A stretch of 64,000 bases of DNA from positions 68,944,001-69,008,000 of the forward strand of contig OZ024742.1 of assembly GCA_964016885.1 (NCBI GenBank). Direction: 5' to 3'. Source of the DNA: Eledone cirrhosa. Lineage: Eukaryota. Both the position numbers and the translations under genes were made by a program. The notes beneath the pieces were generated by a model. It was not told the origin of the DNA and did no database searches. It saw nothing but the letters and a program-made list of their open reading frames with translations. Of this stretch, positions 1-12,359 are shown piece after piece. The stretch's first letter is position 1; each line of letters starts with the position of its first letter.

Positions 1-1352
1 TAAGAAGGAATATGACGTCACTTTCAGCTTATATCTGGAGTCTAAAAGACAACCACACCCAATATAAGTTACACTGGGAGATCCTAGCTAGGGCTAGATC
101 GTATAACGGAAATAAAAGACCTTGTGACCTCTGCGCCGCTGAGGCCCTGGAAATACTCTACGCCACAGACCACATCTTAAACAAAAAATCTGAGGCAATT
201 TCGGCTTGTAAACATAAATTGCACAAAACTTTCCTGTATTACAGCCCCACGTTATACCCTAACGGATAGCACGATCTATACGTGGATATTTTACATCTTG
301 ATGTGGGAGTTAAGTATATGTTTTGTTTATTCCTTTACTTATTTGCATAGGTAAGTATATATTACCCGTATGTTTTGTGAAGGTATGTATACCTTCTCGT
401 ACGTATATTTGACTGGTATGGCGTATAATTTTTACATATTCTGGTATTTAGGGTTTGGCTATGTGTATACGGGAGTTTTGCGTCTGCGTGAGTATGCAGG
501 TTCGTACGTATGGTGGGTGTGTGTATATGAGTACTTCTTGTTTTAGTTGACTTACGTCTCCGAACATTCGTGTATTTATATGTAGGTATGTGTGTGCACT
601 TGTTATATACGTATTTATTTACTTATATACGTTTATATAATTATTTATTTATTTGTACACAAGCATACACACACACATATTTATATGTGCCGGGTTTGTT
701 TACCTATGGTAAGGTTTTGCGTATGCTTGTGTATGTACGTATCTGTTTGCGTGTATGTATTTATTTGTTTCTATTACTTCTGTATTGTATTTATTTACTT
801 TGTTCTTAACTCTGTAGCGGAGATTCATTTGGTCTCCTAGTTAGAATTTTAGTCTACGACTTCTGCTATACCATTTACGTGGTTTTGTCTTTGCGTGCTA
901 TTGTTCTCCACGCTCCACATATGACTTATTATCTTCGTTTTTTCGTTCATTGCCAGAGAACGTCTCTATGCACCACCTAAGAGAACATTAGTCTACGACC
1001 TCTTTTATACCATAAACGTGGTTCTGTCTTTGCGCGTAATGGTTTTTCACCGCTCCTATTAATGACGTATTATTCGTTTTTTCCCGTTCTTTGCCAGCGA
1101 ACGTTTCCACGAACCAAAGTATCGTCTTCCTGTCTTCCTCCGGTTGCAACGTTTTTTGAAATATCCAGTTCTGCGTTTACAGATTGACTTTGTTAGTTTC
1201 AGAAGATCCCGTTAAGGGTGAAAGCAGCGATTCTTTGCTTAAACTTTAATCTGTTATTTTAATAAATATTTGCTCTACGGTTCTTATATATTTGATATAT
1301 ATTTATCCTTATCGAACCCTCTTTGGATTTTAGTCTTCAAATTTATTATTAT

Positions 1353-1356
<4 letters not shown>
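1..1356 (+). mobile_element. Penelope-like element family A, 3' part (end of GIY-YIG endonuclease, long 3' region, hammerhead)
   Basis: ORF 12..269 TSLSAYIWSLKD...CDLCAAE...LNKKSE..S.CKH. Near-identical to 29886-31180 and homologous to 15555-17020. Ends in (TA)n. Confidence 0.8.
1179..1254 (+). ncRNA. Type I hammerhead ribozyme variant (core CAGAAGA), PLE family A
   Basis: ACAGATTGA..AGTTT-CAGAAGA-T-CCC gttaa GGG-T-GAAA-GCAG..TTGC-TT-AAACT-TTAATCTGT. Stems I (two-part), II and III all pair. Copies at 3640-3715, 16846-16924, 31090-31165 and partial at 17140-17180. Confidence 0.65.
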
Positions 1357-1431
<75 letters not shown>

Positions 1432-1739
1432 CTGGTGAAGAATGCGATGGAAAATAATAAGTATCTATTTACTATATTCAAATGAATATTATAGATAAAG
1501 ACAGAGAGCATGTTAGATAGGTAGATAGATGGATAATTCATATGTGCATGCGTGTGAGTATTTATTTTCTATAGAAATAGAAGCATCACCGTAACATTAA
1601 TTACATAATATAGTCTAATAATAGGGCTTATGAACCCACTGAACGGAAAAAGGGAAAAAAATGGGTATCAGCACACATGGGAGTCGAACACACACCTCTT
1701 ATTTGCCGGACGAATACGCTACCATATATGCTTATATGC

Positions 1740-1827
<88 letters not shown>

Positions 1828-1898
1828 CTGAGTGTGTGCGTGTGTGTGTGTGTGTCTGTGTGTCTGTGTGTGTGTGTCTGTGTTTGTATATATATATA

Positions 1899-2037
1899 CA
1901 GGGTGGACCAAAAGTCGTGATACATAGGAAAAATAATTATGTTTTTATTAGAACAGAACACGTTAAAAAATAGATAAATATGGAAACTTAAAAATGTAAT
2001 TATTTTTCCTATGTATTGCGACTTTTGGTCCACCCTG
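1899..2037. mobile_element. Tc1/mariner-type MITE
   Basis: ~40-bp terminal inverted repeats CAGGGTGGACCAAAAGTCG.../...CGACTTTTGGTCCACCCTG with TA on both sides. Confidence 0.85.
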
Positions 2038-2795
2038 TATAAAGAAAAAGGGGTGAAGTTTCGTTTATAAGTTTTCATATATACATATAAACATACCAAC
2101 ACATACATAATATACATACATAGGTTAAAGTAGGGATATTTCTTAAAAATTTAAAAATTCGTTTTGATTTAATAGAGACAGTTAGAATCGTGGCATCTGT
2201 AATATATTGATAATAATAATAATAATAATCTGACTTGCTAAACTGATATTATTTATAGGTAAATCCCGCCGAGGTTAACTTTGCCTTTCATCCTTACGGG
2301 GTCGATAAAATAAAGTACCAGTAATACACTGGAATAATTGTTGGCCTTCTGCCAATAATTATAAGTCGATTTTAATGCATCGAAACAGATTTAGAATGAG
2401 AAATCTTTTAATTAACATTAAAGAAAAATGAAGTCTGTTCATTTACCTTAGCCAGTCTATATTATTGTAATTCGTTTAATTTTTTAGAATATTGGACTTA
2501 GGAAGCATTCCGTAAATTAGGTAAGGTGTAAACACCAGAGTGCTTCAGAAAATGTGAATGCTTACGTTTTGTATATAACGACAAGGTAAACCAGTCATTA
2601 TATACAATATGTGCACAAGATGTTTATGAAATTTCAGGGCAGTATAGAAATAAATCATTTATATTTATGTTGGACCCTTGTAATTGCGGGAGGTGGTTGA
2701 CATATACTACTTCTTGCGCCCTTGTGTATAATATGCGCAAGAGTGTTAGATTAAAAAAATAACACATACAAATAATTATATATTATTGATATTAC

Positions 2796-3278
2796 CTCTA
2801 AACGAAGTTCTCCGATAGGTGGGGCGGCGTAAGGTACTCCAAGATAATTTTCTGAAAACTTTCCTGGTAAAGTCTCTTTGACAAAACCTCTAACTTTACC
2901 ATATATTGTCTCTCGTATTGCTATTTTTTCTGATCCTTCTGGTGACGAGGGCAATGATATTGCTAACTGAGGTTGTGTCACATCTTGTGCTGCTGGTGGT
3001 TGTAATTGTCTTTTCTGAAGTACAGATTGAGGTAGCATTTGTGGTACATCAACTCTGGGTAACATTTGTGGTTCTTGTAGTGATTGATGGACGGTTGATG
3101 TTGCTTGGGGTAGTGTTGTTGGTGATACTAATGATGATGATGACAGTTCTCCTAAATGTCTGTTTTTGGTATCGCCAGTGATAGATGAGGTAAAAGATGA
3201 GCAAACAGCGATAGAAGCAAACAAAAGGAGGATAAAGGCATGCCGCCACCACATCTTCATCATTAAAGTGGTGATCAT
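2796..3278 (-). CDS. First coding exon of a carboxylesterase/cholinesterase-family (COesterase, neuroligin-like fold) secreted or membrane protein (gene B); gene continues beyond the left edge
   Basis: Signal-peptide-like MMKMWWRHAFILLLFASIAVCSS, a S/T/Q/P-rich linker, then IRETIYGKVRG...YLGVPYAAPPIGELRLE, the canonical N-terminal type-B carboxylesterase motif. Ends at GAG|GTAAT donor (phase 0, 161 codons from ATG 3278). Probable acceptor ctctgctctcatag| at 3305-3306. The true ATG could be 3278, 3263, 3260 or 3254. Confidence 0.85.
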
Positions 3279-3520
3279 ATATCGGTTGTGAAAACAGCTG
3301 TTAACTATGAGAGCAGAGATGTGTATGTCTGCATGAATGTGCACGTTTGTATATATACTTATGATAAAATGTGTGCGTTATTGTTTGTTTGAGTGTGTGT
3401 GAATGTGTGGATGTGCGCGCGCGTGTGTGTACAAATGTATGTGGCAGAGTATGTATGAGCGTGGTTACCTTGTTTAGTACATGTGTATTCATGTGAGTTG
3501 GTTTAAAGAAATGCATTATA

Positions 3521-3612
<92 letters not shown>

Positions 3613-3722
3613 TATAGTAATAATAATAAATTTGTGTTTACAGATTGACTTTGTTAGTTTCAGAAGATTCCGTTAAGGGTGAAAGCAGCGATTCTTTGCT
3701 TAAACTTTAATCTGTTATTTTA

Positions 3723-3787
<65 letters not shown>

Positions 3788-4185
3788 TGTATGTATGTAT
3801 ACGTACATACATATATGTATACAGACGTACAGTAGTATGTATATATATACATACAGTAGTATGTATATACATGCACGTATCGGTTTACCGAACATTTATT
3901 ATAATGCTCGGTTTGTCAGTGTTGAAGAAAAAGGTGACGTGGTTGCCTAAACACTGTACGGCGTATTTCAGGCTGTTTGTTTGTTTACAAACAAACCGAG
4001 CATTATAATAAATATTCGGTAGACCGATACGTGCATGTATATATGTGTGCATGTATGTATATATATACATACTACTGTACGTATGTATACATATATGTAT
4101 GCACGTATACATACATACATACTTACATTTAAGTAACTGCCGTACTAAGAGTGAGAAATGAAATTTCGTTTCATTCTATTCCATA

Positions 4186-4294
<109 letters not shown>

Positions 4295-4494
4295 ATATAT
4301 GTATGTGTATATATATAAATATAAATATATATATATATTATTGATTAAGTTATCGCGTAGAAGAATATTTAGCAGTTTTCCTTGAAAAATACGTTAAGCT
4401 CTGTTTGCTGATGTATACCTACATATTAGTATTTTAAGTAAGTATGTATGCATATTTGTATGTATGCATTCTTGAATGTATGTATTATACACAC

Positions 4495-5027
4495 ACACAC
4501 ACATGCATACACACATATATGTATATATATTATATATATATATGATATAATATACACGCACACACACAAATATTCACTCACATACACACATGCAACATAC
4601 ACACGCAGACACTCACAAACATATATATATATAACGAAATGCCGATATAAATATGTAATGATGTGTAGCGTTTTCTTTTGGGTGTCTGTGTGTGTTGGTT
4701 TGTTTATGTATGTGTGTGTATGTGTGTGTGTGTGTGTATTTGTTTGTTTGTGTTTGTGTGTTTATTCATATAGTGTTAAATCTTCCAAGGGATTTGAAGG
4801 AGAACGTGATAAGTTTCACATAATATCACTTGCTAAATGAGATCTACAGCTATATGAACGACACACTACATCTCACAAGACCACCCAGTTGTCGTTAGGG
4901 TGATGGTGGCAGTGGTGATGTTGACACTACTTGAAATGTCAACCATCGAATTTCTGACAAAAATTGATTGCTACTGTTACCACTACCTGACCATCCATCT
5001 CGAGACAAAAAATATATATACACACTG

Positions 5028-5085
<58 letters not shown>

Positions 5086-5175
5086 GTAAAAAATTGAACG
5101 GGAACAAAACAGAGAGGCAGTACGAACAAAGGTTTATTAGTTTCACGCTCTTGAGAGTGGGGTATATATATATAT

Positions 5176-5207
<32 letters not shown>

Positions 5208-5722
5208 ATATGTATATCAGTGTGTATATATATTTTTTGTCTCGAGATGGATGGTCAGGTAGTGGTAACAGTAGCAATCAATTTTTGTCAGAAATTCGAT
5301 GGTTGACATTTCAAGTAGTGTCAACATCACCACTGCCACCATCACCCTAACGACAACTGGGTGGTCTTGTGAGATGTAGTGTGTCGTTCATATAGCTGTA
5401 GATCTCATTTAGCAAGTGATATTATGTGAAACTTATCACGTTCTCCTTCAAATCCCTTGGAAGATTTAACACTATATGAATAAACACACAAACACAAACA
5501 AACAAATACACACACACACACACATACACACACATACATAAACAAACCAACACACACAGACACCCAAAAGAAAACGCTACACATCATTACATATTTATAT
5601 CGGCATTTCGTTATATATATATATATATATGTTTGTGAGTATGTTGTATATATATATATATATGTGCGTGTGTATGTTGCATGTGTGTATGTGAGTGAAT
5701 GTTTGTGTGTGTGCGTGTATAT

Positions 5723-5760
<38 letters not shown>

Positions 5761-5790
5761 TAATTAAATGTGTGTATGCATGTGTGTGTA
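4495..5790. repeat. Large inverted repeat (~600-bp arms, ~75-bp spacer)
   Basis: The same peptide appears in ORFs 4448..4840(+) and 5405..6181(-); arms differ by a few substitutions and microsatellite lengths. Confidence 0.9.
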
Positions 5791-5799
5791 TATATATAT

Positions 5800-5843
<44 letters not shown>

Positions 5844-5850
5844 GTATGTG

Positions 5851-5890
<40 letters not shown>

Positions 5891-5905
5891 CATATATATG
5901 TGTAT

Positions 5906-5957
<52 letters not shown>

Positions 5958-5962
5958 GTATG

Positions 5963-5998
<36 letters not shown>

Positions 5999-6013
5999 CA
6001 TATATATGTATAT

Positions 6014-6125
<112 letters not shown>

Positions 6126-6363
6126 GTGTGTGTAAGAGTATGTGTGTGTGTCTGTCTGTATATATATATATATTTATACAAATAGTGAAAACAATGAAAT
6201 TAAACAAAAAACGGTTAATTCATAGTAAAACTCATTGTTTTACGATCGTTTCTGGGGGGTAGTTCCCTGTATGTCCATTCTATTATTGATCTATGTAAAA
6301 TATATTACAAATTATCATAGTAAGAAAGTATACATACGTCTTCTCTACCCGCCGTCTTCAGAA

Positions 6364-6500
6364 ATCGTCTTCTGAAGACGGCGGGTAGAGAAGACGTATG
6401 TATACTTTCTTACTATGATAATTTGTAATATATTTTACATAGATCAATAATAAAATGGACATACAGGGAACTACCCCCCAGAAACGATCGTAAAACAATG
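6364..6500 (+). ncRNA. Putative hammerhead with ~80-nt loop 2
   Basis: CTGAAGA (6372-6378), CGGCGGGTAG...CTACCCCCCA (6471-6480), GAAA, CGATCG palindrome, TA; stem I imperfect. Confidence 0.6.
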
Positions 6501-6689
6501 AGTTTTACTATGAATTAACCGTTTTTTGTTTAATTTCATTGTTTTCACTATTTGTATTTTTGACTCTGCATCTAATGAATTATATCGTTGAAATTTTGTA
6601 TTTTAAACTTTGCTTCACGACATCTTCTACATACGGATTACATTGAGTTCTTCATACGGTTCAGACCCTACCATTAATTGGTGGATTTA

Positions 6690-6723
<34 letters not shown>

Positions 6724-6914
6724 ACGAAGGAAATGTGGTAAGGAACCAGGTGGACCATAACGCACCAAAGTACTCAATACTTGAGGTAGTAGAGTGGGTA
6801 ATAGGAACCAGTAAGACCCCGACAGCTGAGCTCAAGCCGTTTTGACGGCTAATTCTGGACTCCAGAACTAGCCGTCGAAACGGCTTGAGCTCAGCTGTCG
6901 GGGTCTTACTGGTT

Positions 6915-6982
<68 letters not shown>

Positions 6983-7599
6983 CATATGCAGACATATTTA
7001 TGTAGTGTACTGATGGGTTCGTGTCCGTGTCTGAAACTGTGCGTGTGCATCTATTTGCATATTTGAAAGCATGCACACATTTATTGCACGTATGCGGAGG
7101 TGTTTATGCATCTGTCTCCGTTCGTATGTCTGCATATGTGTACTTATGTAAATGTGTATATGTTTATATGTGTATGCATGTTTGTGCGCATAGATATAAG
7201 TAGATGCGTAGTTGTGCATGCCTGCGTCATTGTATGTCAGTATGTTTGCCTCTGTGAATGTCTGTATGCGTGCATGTGTATGTGTGTACATGTGTGTGCA
7301 GTTGTAGACAGCGAAGATGGAATGACAGAATGACTTAACATTGAGGAAGGATAAAATAATGAAGATATCCAGCAATGTAACTAAGATCGAGGTTGGAGAC
7401 AGATGACGGATAATGAACACATGCACACACACACACACACGCACACACACACAGACACACATGCACACACAAACTCACACAGACACATACAGACACGCAC
7501 ACACAAATACACACACACACATATATATTCGCGTATGTATTCCTTTTTTTCGGTTGTTTGTGTGTGTGTATGCGCGCGCGCGTGTGTGTACGTGCGCGT

Positions 7600-8130
7600 G
7601 TGTTTCAGGTTTCAACTGCTTAGATTACAAAGAGATCTTCAATCTGATCAAGGTGTAGAGAAATAATATGCTTCTAGCCTAGGAAAGACTTGAGCTTTTC
7701 CACTTATAACGATATACTTAATCACCCACCACCTCTTCCATTTGGAGAATACTATAACAGTCATAGCTGTTACTGTCGACAATAACCTAAGCTAGAATGC
7801 CTACATCAACAATATCATTGACACGATCCTTAAGATAAGCTCTTAGATAATTATAATGATCTGATCTTGAGAACCAGATGCCGTCATTCTTCTATTTTCT
7901 ACCTTTGCCCTCTTTCATCTTGAATACTATATAGCATGATGTAGTCTCTCCATACGAAACAATGAATTGTGAGCTTTAAATCAACTCAGTGATCAGTTAC
8001 AAAATAAATGAAAGGTAGGTCAGGCCTTGATTATTGCGATCATTTCGAAAATGTCAGGCTATTATCTCCATGACTACAGTGAACGCTACATTATGTATAG
8101 AATGTGGGCAATGCCCCATCAAAATTGGCA
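7600..8130 (+). mobile_element. Old LINE RT remnant (CR1/L2-like)
   Basis: LQRDLQS, NLS*NAYINNI and HLEY fragments only. Confidence 0.3.
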
Positions 8131-8439
8131 AAACAATGTTGGCATTAAGATTGCAAAATCAATGATGGCTTAACCCTCGTGTACTACGTACCCTACAAAA
8201 GCGAAACAAACGTCACATACACACGTTCAAGAAACATTTTTACGTTAAATGGTATTGTTCCATTCAATACTATACCGAAACAAGCTAAATAAAGGATAAG
8301 ACCGTACCTTGACAAATACCATCTAAACGCTTGATACATGAATATATTGTTGCCAATAGTCCCCGTCTCAAGACTTCACGAAGTTCTACTCTTGAGTCAC
8401 ACATTGCTTAGTAATGTTATCAAAGTTATGTATGTAAGT

Positions 8440-9180
8440 ATGTAGTAAGGGTGGAAAATGGAAGGCTACCTAAACAGTTATTTTATGGGGAGCTGACCAG
8501 AGGAAAAAGGGCACTGCATAAACCAAAGAAGCGATTTAAGGATGTCATAAAACACAATTTTAAAGCTCTAAAGATTGATATGGAGAACTGGGAGAGACTG
8601 GCTGAAGGCCGTACACCATAGAGAAAGATTATCAATTATGGATGTGATGTCTTTGAGAAAAGGCGAATGGAGTATGTTGTTTTGAAGCGCTCAATTCGTA
8701 AGCGGGACTCAAGTATAGCGCCTGCAAAAGTCCAGCAGGAATTGAGGTGCGATGTGTGGCCGAAATTTTCTAACAAGAGCTGGTTTTGTTAACCATCTGA
8801 AATCACACGAGCCAGGGAGAAATAGCGCTAACTGTGAGATTGTTCTACCGCCACACACTCCACGGTACATTTTCAGTGAGTGGCTAAATTTGCAAGTCAG
8901 CGGGTGGATTGACCAGACATAGTAAAATGCATGAAGACATACCCCAGCCGGTACTGCCAGGAGACAGACAGTTCAAGTGTCACATCTGAGAACGTGCCTA
9001 CAAAACAAAAGGGAGTCTGAAAAGTCACCTGATGCACATGATCGTGCAATGTTCAATGAAGGGATGGCACTCTTCTGACAAGAAGTAGCAACCAGCATGT
9101 ATGTATGTATGTATGTATGTATGTATGTATGTATGTATGTATGTATGTATGTATGTATGTATGTATGTATGTATGTATGT
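8440..9180 (+). mobile_element. 3' fragment of an RTE/CR1-Zenon-type LINE with C2H2 zinc fingers and (ATGT)n tail
   Basis: RLPKQLFYGELTRGKR..KPKKRFKD..WE.LA..R, followed by three decayed CxxC..HxxxH fingers and an ATGT tail. Confidence 0.7.
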
Positions 9181-9199
9181 ACACATATACATACATATG

Positions 9200-10143
9200 T
9201 ACATGTACTCCGATATAAAACCTGCGGCTCAGTAGTTACCGATAATGTTGATGTTTTCTTCTTTTAGGGTAATAGCTACTGTCGCTCAGAGAGTGGGATT
9301 GGCTCAGTGCACAGTCTTTCCTCACTTTAAAAAATATCTTCACGCACAGGCATTGCACGATAGCATTAATTAATAATTATTAATAATGGAATACCGTGCA
9401 ATGGCCATACTCGATAACGAGGGGCAACCATCATCATTATGTATGTATGTATGTATGTATGTATGTATGTATGTATGTATGTATGTATGTATGTATGTAT
9501 GTATGTATGTATGTATGGGATACATGTTACCAGTTGGTGCTACTGGTAACATGTATCCCAGTACAACCTGTCTCATGGTCGGGTCGTTGGCGACTAAACT
9601 GGCAATCCTACCAAGGTTTCTTGGTGAGGAGGGTGACTTTGGACATCCTGCAGGACTAAAAAAAAAACGTGTCAAAGGGCAAAGGAGCTCTTAAGAACCA
9701 ATGGCCATCCAAAATCACCGGGAGAGATGACCCTTTGGCAGAATTCTAGGAGAAGGAAAACTCTGATATAACACCTGCAACCCTGATGGTATCCAATGAT
9801 GTTGACTTGTTCTTCTTTTTGGTAAATATCATCTTGGTTAAGAGAGTGGGACTGGCTTTGTGCAGTGCCTTTGCTCACTATAAAAGCTTCACGGCACAGG
9901 CATTGCTTTATATCTGGAGATCTCTCTGCACTTGTCGTCACATGGTACCATGGGCCCAGCACTATGTGTCAATAATTGTCACAAGTGTAGTGTTTGTACC
10001 AGAGTTTTCAAGTCGCTGGCTGGACTAAAAAGTCACACTCGTTCAGCGCATCGGTAGGGGTTCTCCTACATGGATATAAAGTAGTGGCCGTACTCGAAAA
10101 CGAGTTGGCAGCCACCATGTATGTATGTATGTATGTATGTATG

Positions 10144-10174
<31 letters not shown>

Positions 10175-10235
10175 TAATGTATGTATGTATGTATGTATGT
10201 ATGTATGTATGTATGTATGTATGTATGTATGTGCG

Positions 10236-10269
<34 letters not shown>

Positions 10270-10300
10270 TGTATGTATGTATGTATGTATGTATGGATGG
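9200..10300 (+). mobile_element. Two internally deleted derivatives of a related RTE-like LINE with (ATGT)n tails
   Basis: 9235-9360 resembles 9790-9910. 5' UTR-like motif CTAGGAGAAGGAAAACTCTGA. Terminal finger CSVCTRVFKSLAGLKSHTRSAH. Shared 3' end GGCC.TACTCGA.AACGAG..GCA.CCA then ATGT repeats. Confidence 0.6.
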
Positions 10301-10450
10301 ATGGATATGAGTAGTCACAGTTGTTCGGGGATTTTTCTCCACTTTCCACAAGTAAACGAGGCTGTATTTTTATGCACACATACACACACGCTCAGACACA
10401 CATACACACACGCACACGCGCACACATACACCCACACATACCCCCCCCAC

Positions 10451-10547
<97 letters not shown>

Positions 10548-11199
10548 TGCGTGTGCGTGTGTGTTTGTGCGTGTACGTATGTGTAAGTAAGCATAAGTAT
10601 TCACTATGTAAATATGTACAACTGTGCTTGCTTATATTGGTATATTTGAATGTACATAAACCCGTCTGTGAGTGTGTATACTATTGTGTGCACTTTACAT
10701 ACGGGTTTACGTACACTTAACCATATACTCATATTTATATCCAGATACGTATATAGACGTGAATTCAAAAATATAAATATAAGCACGCGTAGTTGCACAT
10801 ATTTATAGTTAGACGCATATATGCATAATGTATAAACACATACATGCATGCATACACTTACACACACATGGTATATGTAGATGATTACATAACTACTAAA
10901 ATACCCTCGTGCACTAACGAATATACATACTGCGTAAATATACACATACCCAGATAATTACGCCTCAAGATGCATTCGCATATAAAAAAAATGCATATCA
11001 TATGTATAATTGTATATATACACGTGGATATGCTTAACAAGGGAACATATATTTATGCAGGAACAAACACACACACACACATATATAGAATAAGAAAATG
11101 CGAAGCAGTTTCAGATGTTAAAGTGCTTTATTGATAAGGCTGTGATACATATTTCAATGACGACAGTGGCTACGCGAATTGCATCAATGTTTACCGTAA

Positions 11200-11294
<95 letters not shown>

Positions 11295-11295
<1 letters not shown>

Positions 11296-12313
11296 TAGCA
11301 GCAGTACCCAGCGTTGCCTGGGTAGGTAAAATAATATCTGCTTTGATGAAAAGGCGTTGATCTTAGCGACTGCTTTTCGATGACTCATCTATGGCCACAC
11401 ACAGGCCATGCGGGGGAGGGTGGTGATGACCTCTATCACTGAGAAACGCGGGTGACTGACGAAGGGGAATTCTGGGGGAGGGAGGTAATGACTTCTAACA
11501 CTAAGCCAAATTTCCTCACGCTACTTGATTGGAAACCGATGAATTCTCAAATACACAACTAAAAGCTCAGACGAGGTCAGTGGTCATCGTTTTTCCTTTG
11601 ACCATCTATAAAATGTGCAATGATAAGTTCTATCGTAGTCTAAAAGTTGAACCAAATAAATTGATTTATGTATGAGGTGGAGCCGAAGTTTGGAATTTGA
11701 ACGAAATCGGTTGAAAAATGTGGGAGCTAGAGCCGAAAAGGCGGAAATTTGAGCGAAAAGGTGGTATTTTCGAATATTTAAGCTGCTGCCACAACGTTCC
11801 TGAACAAAAAATACAAAATGTAAAGCCACTTTAAGACGTGAAATAATCAGATCTAGCGTAGTGTAAAATTTGAACAAAGTAGGTTGATTAATGTGACAGC
11901 TAGAGCCGAAAAAGTGGAAATTTGAGTCTAAAAGTGGTATTTTTGAATATTTAAGCGGTTGCCACACCGTCCCTGAACAACAAATGCAAAATATAACGCG
12001 ATTACAGGATGTGCAATGATAAATTCTATTTTGTTTTAAAATTTGAACGAAATCGGTGGCAAAATGTGGGTGCTAGAGCCAAAAATCTTATTTTTCGATG
12101 CCTAAAAAAAGGTGACCCCTATCGATTTTTATCTGCAGAATGACCCCGGAATAAAAACGATACGCTGATATATAGAAAACACTCCCCGATGACTAATCTA
12201 TGAGCCTGTAAAGTTTCATGAAAATCGGTCGTAAGATGTAGGCCCCTATAGGTAATACACAGACACACAGACACACACACACACACACATACTTAATTTT
12301 ATATATATACAGA
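11295..12313 (-). mobile_element. Non-autonomous Helitron
   Basis: On the minus strand begins A|TCTGTATATATATAAAA and ends in hairpin ACCCAGGCAACGCTGGGT followed by CTAG|T. No TSD. Internal imperfect tandem subrepeats (AAATTTGAACGAAATCGG, GCTAGAGCCGAAAA). Confidence 0.8.
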
Positions 12314-12359
12314 TATATATATATGCTCAGATGAATGTATGCACACTCCATTCAACTCG

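Noticed and set aside
2796-3278. Naming gene B neuroligin or acetylcholinesterase
   Set aside because: The N-terminal motif is shared across the whole family and the diagnostic exons are outside the window.
11600-12090. CRISPR-like spaced repeats
   Set aside because: Imperfect internal tandem repeats of a Helitron in eukaryotic DNA; no unique spacers or cas genes.
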